NCBI GenBank assembly: GCA_015056205.1
Contig: SVGS01000016.1
Span: forward strand, 2,174 to 66,173
Direction: 5' to 3'
Origin: Clostridiales bacterium
Lineage (GTDB): Bacteria > Bacillota > Clostridia > Christensenellales > Aristaeellaceae
DNA length: 64,000 nucleotides
Below are positions 1 to 7,837 of the stretch, piece after piece. The notes below the pieces were generated by a model that was not told where the DNA came from, did no database searches, and was given only the letters and a program-made list of their open reading frames with translations. The translations under genes were made by a program, and so were the position numbers. Positions within the stretch are counted from its first letter, which is position 1. Each line of letters opens with the position of its first letter.

Positions 1-171
1 TTTGAGGCCGGCCGGACCGATCTGGTGATCGGCAGCCTGGCTGCCGGCGAATATGAAGTGCAGGCGCGCGCTTTTGTGGATAACACCAGCGCTGCTGCCG
101 ATGCGCCGGAGTATTACAAGCGGATCGAATACGGCGAATACGGCGATGTCAGCACCGTCGTTGTTCCGTAA
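1..171 (+). CDS. 3' end of a CDS that starts left of the window (last 56 aa, product unknown)
   Basis: Frame +1 is open from the window edge to TAA at 169-171 (FEAGRTDLVIGSLAAGEYEVQARAFVDN...STVVVP*). A hairpin follows. Confidence 0.55.
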   Translation, partial: FEAGRTDLVIGSLAAGEYEVQARAFVDNTSAAADAPEYYKRIEYGEYGDVSTVVVP

Positions 172-190
172 GGGCAGCCCCCTTCCGGGA

Positions 191-250
191 TAAGAAAAAC
201 AGCGGCTCTCAGATCGTCCCTGAGTGGAGGACGGTTGGAGAGCCGTTTGG
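191..250. terminator. Hairpin terminator between convergent genes, stronger on the minus strand
   Basis: Stem cggctctc (203-210) pairs with gagagccg (238-245), with inner stem cgtcc/ggacg. On the minus strand it is followed by CUGUUUUUCUU (complement of 191-201). On the plus strand only UUUGGGUUGG follows. Confidence 0.5.
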
Positions 251-382
251 GTTGGTGGGTGACTCATTTGTCTGTTCTCGATGATCATCCGTAACCGTCA
301 AGCGATCCGGCGTCAGCAGTTTTCCTGAGCCTGTTCGCTCCACGGCATCAGTTTTTCCAGAAACTCATCCGTGAAATTGTGG

Positions 383-1414
383 TTAGCAGCCGTAATCTGC
401 CGGAACAGCCAACTCAGATATTAAGAGTGTTCCGGTATCCCCGTCGATGCAGATGCTGCGCGCTTCAATCTGCTTTGGGCAGAAAGCCTCATCATAATTC
501 AGACAGCAGTAAACCGCATTCGGATTATCGTTTGTCATCTGCCAGAAGGGGTATTTGATGATCACCGGTGTGTTGCTGCCGACCCCAATCTCCAGAAACA
601 GCACGTGCTGTCCCTGATGCTGCCGGAGGTAATTGGCATAGGCAGCGGATGCCCGGTGCCAGCCTTCGTCCTCCACAAAAGAATCATCCGACCGGAGATT
701 GGGCATCACTTTGCGCTCGTCCTCCGGGCTGCGGGGGATCAATGCAGTCGGAATGCGCATGGCGACTTTCCTGCCTTCCGGCATAATAAACGAGCCGTCC
801 GTGTTCTTCACAAAGCCCTGCGCAGCCATGGCCTGCATGACCCATTCTTCGTTGTCCCAGGTCTTCTGTACAGTCGGGCGCTGGTTTTGGAAAAGGCCAT
901 AGTCGCCCTGGGTATAGAACAGGCGCTTCTTGTCAAAGCCCGCCTTCTGGAACATGTGATCCACATTGGTGGTGATCACAAAATAATCCCTGTCAGCTAC
1001 AAGCTTTAGAAGGTTCTCATAGACGGGCTTCGGCGCTTTCGCGTATCGATTGCAGTAGATATGTCTGCTCCACCAGGCCCAGTATGTCTCTTCATCCGGG
1101 AAGGGGTAGAAGCCGCCGGAATACATATCCGTAATCCCGAAGCGATCCGCAAAGTCCGAAAACCAGTACCGGAAACGTTCACCGCTGTAGACAAAGCCTG
1201 CCGAGGTGGACAATCCGGCTCCCGCGCCGATCACGACAGCGTCCGCCGTCTTCAGTTCCTTTTTTAACCGCTCAATCCGATCTGCACGGGTGCCGATGCC
1301 CAGGGACAAGCCGTCCCGGAAGCTCTGCACGCCATCCAGGCCTTGCTGAATGGTCTCCAGATAGCCGTTTGGCCGTTTATCGTAATTCCTGCTCATAGTA
1401 TTCTCTGTCCTCAT
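383..1414 (-). CDS. SIR2-family protein, class-M sirtuin (SirTM-like, putative protein ADP-ribosyltransferase)
   Basis: 343-aa ORF with NAD-binding motif GAGAGLSTSAGF and a TTNVDH motif. It has YTQGDYG where canonical sirtuins carry the catalytic His. Its start overlaps the stop of the upstream macrodomain gene. Alternative ATG at 1396. Confidence 0.85.
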   Translation of the reverse strand: MRTENTMSRNYDKRPNGYLETIQQGLDGVQSFRDGLSLGIGTRADRIERLKKELKTADAVVIGAGAGLSTSAGFVYSGERFRYWFSDFADRFGITDMYSGGFYPFPDEETYWAWWSRHIYCNRYAKAPKPVYENLLKLVADRDYFVITTNVDHMFQKAGFDKKRLFYTQGDYGLFQNQRPTVQKTWDNEEWVMQAMAAQGFVKNTDGSFIMPEGRKVAMRIPTALIPRSPEDERKVMPNLRSDDSFVEDEGWHRASAAYANYLRQHQGQHVLFLEIGVGSNTPVIIKYPFWQMTNDNPNAVYCCLNYDEAFCPKQIEARSICIDGDTGTLLISELAVPADYGC

Positions 1415-2183
1415 CCTTGAAAACGTTGAAGATCACCCGATCCACGACACCTGGATGCCTGAGCATCCAGTCTCTTACGGTTTTCACGGCAATTTCAGCC
1501 GCCCGTCGGCCCGGAAAGCGGAAGACACCTGTGGAAATGCAGCAGAAGGCCACGCTTTTCAGCCCGTTCTCCAGGCACATGTCCAGTGTGTTCGTGTAGC
1601 AGTCGGCAAGCGCCTTTTCCAGCGCCTGTGTCAGCCTGCTTTCAACGATCGGTCCGACGATATGAATCACCTTTTTTGCGGGCAGGTTATAGGCATCCGT
1701 CAGCATCGGGACAGCCGTCGGCTGCTCGTAATCCGGACCATACCGCATTCGCAGCGCTTCCATCTGCCGGTTGCAGGCGGCGCGGAGCTGGATGCCCGCA
1801 AAGGAGTGGATACAGTTGTCAATGCAGGCGTGCATAGGCACAAAGCATCCGAGCATTTGGGAGTTGGCCGCGTTCACAATGGCGTCCACTGCAAGCCTGG
1901 TGATATCGCCCTGCCAGATGGAGAGACCGTCATGCAGCACCGGAATATCGTCCGGCGTAACGATTCCTTTCTCCCTTGCGCGACCCTGCAGGTAATCATC
2001 CTGTACGCGCAGCACATTTTCCGGCATTGTGCCGGGCATGCGGATGTTCATCAGTGAGCGGAGGATGCGCTGCCTGCCGCTGGTATCTTTGGGCGTGGTC
2101 AAATTCTGATAATCGCCCGAATCTGCCTTGAAAGCCTCAACAAGGAAGTTCAGCCGCTGGTCCTGCGTCATCGTTTTGTCCAT
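1377..2183 (-). CDS. Macrodomain protein (protein-ADP-ribose hydrolase type)
   Basis: 268 aa with macrodomain motifs IVNAANSQMLGC and CCISTGVFRFP, plus an N-terminal extension of about 90 aa. The ATG lies 6 nt after the upstream stop, with AAGAGG inside the upstream gene's end. Confidence 0.9.
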   Translation of the reverse strand: MDKTMTQDQRLNFLVEAFKADSGDYQNLTTPKDTSGRQRILRSLMNIRMPGTMPENVLRVQDDYLQGRAREKGIVTPDDIPVLHDGLSIWQGDITRLAVDAIVNAANSQMLGCFVPMHACIDNCIHSFAGIQLRAACNRQMEALRMRYGPDYEQPTAVPMLTDAYNLPAKKVIHIVGPIVESRLTQALEKALADCYTNTLDMCLENGLKSVAFCCISTGVFRFPGRRAAEIAVKTVRDWMLRHPGVVDRVIFNVFKDEDREYYEQELR

Positions 2184-2189
2184 CGTACT

Positions 2190-2810
2190 TTACCTCTTTT
2201 GCACTGCCCCTGCAGGGCAGGCTGTCATACAGTTGCCGCAGTGCAGACAATGCGCCTGCTCGATGCGGAAAGGGATGCTGTCCGCGCTGATGCAATCCTG
2301 CGGACATACTTTCAGACAGCTTCCGCAGCCGATGCAGGCGTCTGTGATGATGAAGCCTTCCGTCTTCTCCTGAACGCCGCCGAAGGTGAAGGAGGCCCGC
2401 TCGATGGGTCTCTTTGAGAGATCGAACCATTCACCGGTACCCTCATAAACCTGAAAAACCGTCAGGGCGTGCATGGCTTCCTTCGTTGGATAGATCTGAT
2501 GCATGTACGGATTCTTTTCAAACAGCGCAGGGATCCGCTCATAGCCGAGCTCTCTGACTTTCCCTCGAACGGATACCGCGACGCTGGACATGGTGTCTTG
2601 CCCTTTGATCGCGGTCAGGGCCAGGAAACCGCGCTTCTTCAGCCGGTCATAAAAGCCCTTTCCCTTTGCGGTCAGGAAGTAGAGGCCGTTTTCATCGCTG
2701 TCCATCATGTCGATAGCGGCAGTGATTGGAAGGCCCTCATCATCCACCGTTGCCACGATGGTCGTATGGATTTCGCTCACGATAAAGGCCAGATAATCTT
2801 TCGCTTCCAT
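2190..2810 (-). CDS. Pyridoxamine-5'-phosphate-oxidase-like (FMN split-barrel) protein fused to a 2x[4Fe-4S] ferredoxin domain
   Basis: The C-terminus has two CxxCxxCxxxCP motifs (CIGCGSCLKVCP, CLHCGNCMTACP). The N-terminal ~150 aa look like a general-stress/PNPOx-type barrel. AAGGAG sits 6 nt before ATG 2810. The track start at 2849 is a GTG with no RBS. Confidence 0.8.
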   Translation of the reverse strand: MEAKDYLAFIVSEIHTTIVATVDDEGLPITAAIDMMDSDENGLYFLTAKGKGFYDRLKKRGFLALTAIKGQDTMSSVAVSVRGKVRELGYERIPALFEKNPYMHQIYPTKEAMHALTVFQVYEGTGEWFDLSKRPIERASFTFGGVQEKTEGFIITDACIGCGSCLKVCPQDCISADSIPFRIEQAHCLHCGNCMTACPAGAVQKR

Positions 2811-2864
2811 GTGCCGCTCCTTTGAAAGAGGCTCCGATGTCAACCGCACCGGAGCCTCCCTTGA

Positions 2865-3305
2865 TCAGTTTTCCTTTGCCAGAAGATCGTGCATGCCTTC
2901 CCGCAGATCCGCGAGGGTATACTTTTTCATTTCTTCTTCCATCGCGTTCTGGATCGCCTTCAGCTTGTCGTCCAGCAGGGCATGGATGTTCCGGCCCACC
3001 GGACATTTAGGGTTCGGCGCTTCGTGAAAGTGGAACAGGTCGCCGTTTTCCACCGGCTCGATGGCCTGATACACATCGTAGAAGCTGATCTCCTCCAGCG
3101 GCTTCGTCGGTTCGATGCCGCCCGTGCCCCGGGCTACTTTGATCAGTCCGGCGGTTTTCAGCTGCGTCAGGATCCGGCGGATGATGACGGGGTTGGTGTT
3201 GATGCTGCCCGCCAGGAAGTCGCTGGTGACCTTGTACTCGTCCTTGAAGGTTTCGACACAGGCGAAGATATGCAGCGCGATGGTAAACCGGCTTGATATC
3301 TGCAT
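2865..3305 (-). CDS. Rrf2-family transcriptional regulator
   Basis: 146 aa with an N-terminal winged helix (TSDFLAGSINTNPVIIRRILTQLKTAGLIKVARG). Only two Cys in total, so it is probably not a 3-Cys Fe-S-binding Rrf2. Confidence 0.9.
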   Translation of the reverse strand: MQISSRFTIALHIFACVETFKDEYKVTSDFLAGSINTNPVIIRRILTQLKTAGLIKVARGTGGIEPTKPLEEISFYDVYQAIEPVENGDLFHFHEAPNPKCPVGRNIHALLDDKLKAIQNAMEEEMKKYTLADLREGMHDLLAKEN

Positions 3306-3320
3306 GCGCTCACCTCCCTG

Positions 3321-3391
3321 CGTCTGCTGTCCTTATGCTGCAGACGCTTTCTTTCATGCCTATTATAGCCTTATTTGATGGGAGAAGCAAC
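3321..3391 (-). promoter_or_regulatory. Candidate promoter and inverted-repeat operator (or leader hairpin) of the Rrf2 operon
   Basis: On the minus strand: TTGCTT (3386-3391), 17-nt spacer, TATAAT (3363-3368). A perfect 8-bp inverted repeat GCGTCTGC-N12-GCAGACGC (3321-3348) sits just upstream of the RBS GGGAGGTG. Confidence 0.45.
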
Positions 3392-3814
3392 AGCTGTACC
3401 CTCGGCGGTTACAAAATTTCCGGTCTCAGCGTCCAGAGTCAGGGGATCGGCGTGACCGACGATAGCAGCGGCATTCTCCGCATCGTACCAGAAGATCACA
3501 TCGGAGTCCGCAACGCTCACGCCGATCAGGGCAGCTGCAGGAGCATCAAAGCGGTATCCTTCCGCGCCTTCTACCGCGCCGTCCTTGATGGCGGCAATCT
3601 CTTCGGCGGTGTAGGGAGCGTATTCAGGGTTGGTGGGATTCACAATGCCTTCCAGTTCATAGTAAGCGGCAGTGTAATAGATCGTTCCGACGTTCCCATT
3701 GTTCAGCGGCATCGCGCCGTAAGCCCAGTCCACAACAGTTTTTTCCTCAGCAAAAACAGTCATAGCCGTCAGCAGTATCATCGCGGCAAGCAGCATAGCA
3801 ACAAATTTCTTCAT
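3371..3814 (-). CDS. Small secreted hypothetical protein
   Basis: 147 aa with a signal peptide (MKKFVAMLLAAMILLTAMTVFAEE). No recognisable motifs. Confidence 0.7.
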   Translation of the reverse strand: MKKFVAMLLAAMILLTAMTVFAEEKTVVDWAYGAMPLNNGNVGTIYYTAAYYELEGIVNPTNPEYAPYTAEEIAAIKDGAVEGAEGYRFDAPAAALIGVSVADSDVIFWYDAENAAAIVGHADPLTLDAETGNFVTAEGTAVASPIK

Positions 3815-3843
3815 CGTGGTTTCCTCCTCAATTTACTTTGCGA

Positions 3844-4614
3844 TCAGAACTTTCCGTTCTGATTCTGCCAGGTTTCCTTCGCAGCAAGCGTCTCCATGAC
3901 GTCCCAATGCTCCGCAATAAATCCGTTTTCCACACGGAACAGGTCATAGTAGGTGGTCGGTACACCGCCGAAAGAGCCTTCGCTGCAGGCAAGCGCATAA
4001 TCCCCATCGGCAAGCACCATGTGCGTCTTATTGTAAACCATGGAAATGCCCTGCTCCGCCATGGCCGCAAGCGCCGCGCCAAGGCCCGAGAGTCCGTCAG
4101 CGATGGAGATGTTGTGCTGGATGTACCGATCACCATCGTAGTAGGAGGTCAGCTTATCCGGGTTTTCCCCGCGAAGCACGTCGCCCACAAAGCCTGCAAC
4201 GACTCGGCGGGTCTCTTCCTTATCAACGTTTTTCTTTTCAAGCGTACCGTCGATCTGGGTGTGGCCGGAGGGATTGGGATCAGCTTTGGCGGCCAGATTG
4301 TCCCAGTGCTCCGCGATCCTGCCGTCGGCATTGAAACGGAAGATATCAAAGGCCACCTGCTCACCGGCCCCGGCGAAGTTATAGACAGTCTGCAGGAACA
4401 CCTTGTCGCCGTCCTCGAAGGCGCGGATGTTCTGAACGGTGGTTTTCACAGGCGCGGAAGCCAGCCAGGCAACACTGCCCACAAAGGCGTCCCGGCCTGT
4501 TCCGTAGGCGATGTTGTGCTGGATATAACCTTCCGCCAGCAGAGAGGTGGCTTTTTCGGTGTCACCGGTTGCGAAGGTGTTGATGAGGGCGAGAGCCTTT
4601 TCGATGTTTGTCAT
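3844..4614 (-). CDS. Tandem SnoaL/NTF2-like domain protein
   Basis: 256 aa with an internal duplication: EGYIQHN and DRYIQHN, and IAEHWD twice. Confidence 0.8.
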   Translation of the reverse strand: MTNIEKALALINTFATGDTEKATSLLAEGYIQHNIAYGTGRDAFVGSVAWLASAPVKTTVQNIRAFEDGDKVFLQTVYNFAGAGEQVAFDIFRFNADGRIAEHWDNLAAKADPNPSGHTQIDGTLEKKNVDKEETRRVVAGFVGDVLRGENPDKLTSYYDGDRYIQHNISIADGLSGLGAALAAMAEQGISMVYNKTHMVLADGDYALACSEGSFGGVPTTYYDLFRVENGFIAEHWDVMETLAAKETWQNQNGKF

Positions 4615-4674
4615 GGTGGATTCCTCCTGATCGTTTGTTCGGATGTAACTATCATGGTTTCATCCGACGAGATG

Positions 4675-4703
4675 ATCATAACACAGCGTAGATGTAATGT
4701 CAA
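4675..4703 (-). promoter_or_regulatory. SigA-type promoter for the SnoaL-like gene
   Basis: On the minus strand: TTGACA (4698-4703), 17-nt spacer, TATGAT (4675-4680), about 60 nt upstream of ATG 4614. Confidence 0.6.
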
Positions 4704-4743
4704 TAGTTACAACAAATAATTTTCAAAATTTTTCTTCCCCTTG

Positions 4744-4796
4744 AAAAACAAAAAAGAGGCCTGCAGTCCGGCTCGTAAGAACCTGGCTGCAAGCCT
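4744..4796 (-). terminator. Rho-independent terminator on the minus strand
   Basis: A 15-bp imperfect stem (4757-4771 with 4782-4796) is followed on the minus strand by CUUUUUUGUUUUU (complement of 4744-4756). It lies about 145 nt downstream of the ATPase stop at 4939. Confidence 0.7.
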
Positions 4797-4938
4797 GCTG
4801 CATCCCGTAGCATAACGATGAACTCCCAAAAATCCGGGGACTTTTACACAAAGTACACTTTTGACAGTAGCCGGCCCGCTTTTCCGGAAGGTCAACTTAT
4901 AGGCAGTAGTCAGGCGGCTGTGTAATTCAGAACTGGCT

Positions 4939-6198
4939 TCAGATATACCAAGCCGGTATCTGAAGAATGTTTTCCCGGAGCATGCCAGGCTGGGGGCAGG
5001 CACATATAATTGCTCCTGTTCCACGCTTTTTATCATTGACCTTATCAAGCACGGTGAATGCCGCTGTTTCGTCAGCGGAAACAGCTGCGCTTTCTTTGAT
5101 CTTTATGGGATACAGAATGCCGTTTTCCTCAATGATCAGATCAATTTCACTTTCAACCTCTACTGTATCGCCGTTTTTCTTCTTTTTCAGTTTGTCTCTG
5201 CCTCTGTAATATGAAACGCAGTAGCGATAATCGATTCCCCGGTTCGCGTAGGACTTGAGGATTTCAGAAATGACATACGTTTCAAAAAACGGTCCGCTCA
5301 TCGCCCCGTTTGCCAGGGTTTCCGGCGTCAGCCACCTGGTCAGATATGCTGCCAGCCCTGTATCGCGGAAATATACCTTCGGTGTTTTGATTGCCCGCTT
5401 CAGTACGCTTGGAGTATATGCTTCCAGGAGATAAATGATCCCGGAAGCTTCCAGAATGGACATCCATGCCTTTACAGTTGTCTGGTCTTTGCTGATCTCA
5501 TCCGCAATATTGGCATAATTGACCATCTGTCCTGTCCGCGCGGCAACGGCGACCATGAACCGGCGGAAATCATTCAGATCCTGTACTGCTGTCAGTTTAC
5601 GAACGTCCCGTTCCAGATAGGTCTTGACATAGCTGGAAAAGAAAATTCCCCAATCAACATCAGGGTCCTGCAGTTCCGGGTATCCGCCGCGATGGATTCT
5701 TTCCCAAAGATTTCCGGGTTTTTTGACCGATTGATTGCGTTCGCTGATATATGCCATCGTTGGTAAAAAAGGCTGTGTAAAAGCGACCCTATCTATCTCC
5801 CTTTGCGACAGCGGCAGTAATTCAATAATACCAACGCGGCCGGAAAGTGATTCAGAGGCTTTTTCCATCAGTTCAAGGGGCTGGGAACCGGAGATGCAGA
5901 ACAGGCCTTTATCTGTACGCTCATCACAGGCAATTTTGATAAACCGGAAAAGCTCTGGAGCACGCTGCACTTCATCATAAATGACAGGTGGTTGATTCAG
6001 CATCATGAACATATTCGGATTATTGATCGCCTGATCCTCAATAAAGGGATCATCAATCGCCACATATTTTTTATCAGGGAAAAGTTCCTTGATCATTCTG
6101 GATTTTCCGGTTTGGCGTGCGCCGGTAATCAGAACACTTTTGAAGGTTTTGTCTGAATGAAGTACGATATCTTCAATCGCTCTTTGGATATACTCCAT
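4939..6198 (-). CDS. AAA+ ATPase (DUF4143-type ATP-binding protein)
   Basis: Walker A GARQTGKS and the typical AAA_14/DUF4143 layout. AAGGAGGG lies 7 nt before ATG 6198; the track start at 6288 adds 30 aa with no RBS. Confidence 0.85.
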   Translation of the reverse strand: MEYIQRAIEDIVLHSDKTFKSVLITGARQTGKSRMIKELFPDKKYVAIDDPFIEDQAINNPNMFMMLNQPPVIYDEVQRAPELFRFIKIACDERTDKGLFCISGSQPLELMEKASESLSGRVGIIELLPLSQREIDRVAFTQPFLPTMAYISERNQSVKKPGNLWERIHRGGYPELQDPDVDWGIFFSSYVKTYLERDVRKLTAVQDLNDFRRFMVAVAARTGQMVNYANIADEISKDQTTVKAWMSILEASGIIYLLEAYTPSVLKRAIKTPKVYFRDTGLAAYLTRWLTPETLANGAMSGPFFETYVISEILKSYANRGIDYRYCVSYYRGRDKLKKKKNGDTVEVESEIDLIIEENGILYPIKIKESAAVSADETAAFTVLDKVNDKKRGTGAIICACPQPGMLRENILQIPAWYI

Positions 6199-6314
6199 AG
6201 CGGAGCCCTCCTTGCGGCAATTCTGGGATTTTTTCCCACATTTGCCATAATTATAGCAGGCATCTGCAGCAAAAGCAATATGGAACATTTTTATACACGA
6301 CTTGCTTCCGCGAC

Positions 6315-7541
6315 CTAGTCTGTCATTCCCGGCGCGGTGAACAAGCCGTCAGCTTCCGGTGCTTTTTCCTGTTCCATGGGCTCCAGGTCCCGGATCGGGA
6401 CAAAGCCCCATACGACAGCTCCTCCGTCCGTAAACTTCCCGTTCTTTACTTCTGCTGTAACATAAGCATAGTTGCTATTATACAATCCCAGGCAGGAAAA
6501 CCGCGTTCCCTTCGGAACAGAAAACTGGCGGAACTGGCTGACATCGGGATCATCCGTCAGGAAGGTGTCTGCAGCCGCTTCCACATCAATATGGACAAAG
6601 AACCGGCCGGGCTCAGTGCGTTGCTCCGTGATCTCAGGAAGGCCGAGATCCCGGCACAGCGCATAGCCGATCCGCTGCGTGCGCTCGCTGACATTATACC
6701 GGATGCAGGCGTAGGATTGTCCATCCTCGTTTTTATACTGTGAAAGTACCCACAGGTCGCCATTCAGCCCGACTGCCGCTTTTCCTTTTCCGGCACGCCA
6801 TGCGGATTTCCCGTAAGGAGCGCTGTAAACGGCGGAAGTTCCTTTCTTCTTCGGCTGAAGGAGTTCTCCCGGATGATCGGGATTATATACGTCACCGGAA
6901 AAAGCTGTTCCCAGCACGTTTAGTCCGCCGGCAAACCGGGCACGCATATCATTCAGATGGCATACTTCGTCCACGGAATGCGGAAACAGATCAATGTTGA
7001 AATCTGCGAGCATGATCTTTTCCGGCCAGGCTGCGGGCGCGTCATGATCATCGTCTGTTGCCTGGTACCGCCAGGAAAAACCGGATTCACCAGGGATACC
7101 GGTCAGCTTAAATTCATTTACAACCGCTTCTGACAGCTGATACTCTCCGCTGCCCTCATCCCATTCACAAAATGTATAGTACTCAGACTCGCCATATGTA
7201 ATCGTCAGATAATGTCCGTCCCAATACAGCTTCGGTGCTTTTCTTTTTGCCTCCGGCTGAAAGACTGCCGTTGTATAGATATGAAGATGCTCCCGGCTGT
7301 CCACAAAAAACAGCGCATTGTGATAGCGTGATTGCATCACCGCGAAGGAACCTTCCTGATTGCTGAGGGTCGTATAGTCATCCCAGGTGTGATCCGCCAT
7401 GACAGCTGTCAGGAGTTTTCCTTTCAGCCCCCAGCTGTTGGCGGATGCTGTTCCGCAAAGAAGAAAAGAACCAGCCCGTAACGCAACGGCAAGGATACTG
7501 GAAATAATTATGCCAAGAAGGACTGCCATTATTCGTCTCAC
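6315..7541 (-). CDS. Hypothetical exported or membrane-anchored protein
   Basis: 408 aa with an N-terminal hydrophobic segment (MRRIMAVLLGIIISSILAVAL). No catalytic motifs recognised. The C-terminal part may hold SH3b-like repeats (weak). Confidence 0.65.
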   Translation of the reverse strand: MRRIMAVLLGIIISSILAVALRAGSFLLCGTASANSWGLKGKLLTAVMADHTWDDYTTLSNQEGSFAVMQSRYHNALFFVDSREHLHIYTTAVFQPEAKRKAPKLYWDGHYLTITYGESEYYTFCEWDEGSGEYQLSEAVVNEFKLTGIPGESGFSWRYQATDDDHDAPAAWPEKIMLADFNIDLFPHSVDEVCHLNDMRARFAGGLNVLGTAFSGDVYNPDHPGELLQPKKKGTSAVYSAPYGKSAWRAGKGKAAVGLNGDLWVLSQYKNEDGQSYACIRYNVSERTQRIGYALCRDLGLPEITEQRTEPGRFFVHIDVEAAADTFLTDDPDVSQFRQFSVPKGTRFSCLGLYNSNYAYVTAEVKNGKFTDGGAVVWGFVPIRDLEPMEQEKAPEADGLFTAPGMTD

Positions 7542-7786
7542 AGTTTATCACCGCCTTCAGAAATACAACGGGTCAGCAGTTAATCCCTGTCCCAATAAGC
7601 AAAGGAAATTCAAAATTGGAAACCCAAGGCTCACAGATTCTGAAGCCTTTGCCATTATACCATTACGGTGCCAATCCCACCACTGCAATTGTCCAATCTG
7701 TGAGACGATTCACGCGAAGCGATCAGAATCTTTGGAAAAGTCACCGGAAAATGACAAAACAGCCTGAAAAAGTAAGCGCCCGTTGC

Positions 7787-7815
7787 TTGAAGGGAGGCCG
7801 GGCGCCGTCTATAAT
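7787..7815 (+). promoter_or_regulatory. SigA-type promoter for the XRE/AbrB regulator and ABC operon
   Basis: TTGAAG (7787-7792), 17-nt spacer, TATAAT (7810-7815). RBS AAAGGTGGG follows, then ATG 7838. Confidence 0.55.
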
Positions 7816-7837
7816 ATTTCCGAAAGGTGGGAAATGT

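Noticed and set aside
250-382. Short open frame downstream of the sirtuin stop (…FTDEFLEKLMPWSEQAQENC*) as a possible remnant of a lost LplA2-like gene
   Set aside because: It is only about 23 codons with no start or RBS, and it has no recognisable motif. That is too short to call a pseudogene.
383-1414. SIR2-domain protein as an anti-phage NADase (Thoeris ThsA / DSR / SIR2-HerA type)
   Set aside because: It is translationally coupled to a macrodomain eraser and has SirTM-like features (Gln in place of the catalytic His). No TIR, SLOG, HerA, pAgo or other defence partner is nearby. The context argues for regulatory ADP-ribosylation rather than abortive infection.
4860-4920. CCGGAAGG-containing stretch as a possible SRP (4.5S/scRNA) domain IV
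   Set aside because: The flanking sequence lacks the conserved symmetric and asymmetric loop motifs (GGUCC…AGCA) and a matching closing helix. The resemblance is limited to a GGAA tetraloop.
4939-7541. DUF4143 AAA+ ATPase plus a neighbouring unknown protein as a two-gene defence system
   Set aside because: DUF4143 ATPases are widespread singletons. The neighbour looks like an exported protein with no nuclease or effector motif. Only the compositional anomaly is reported.
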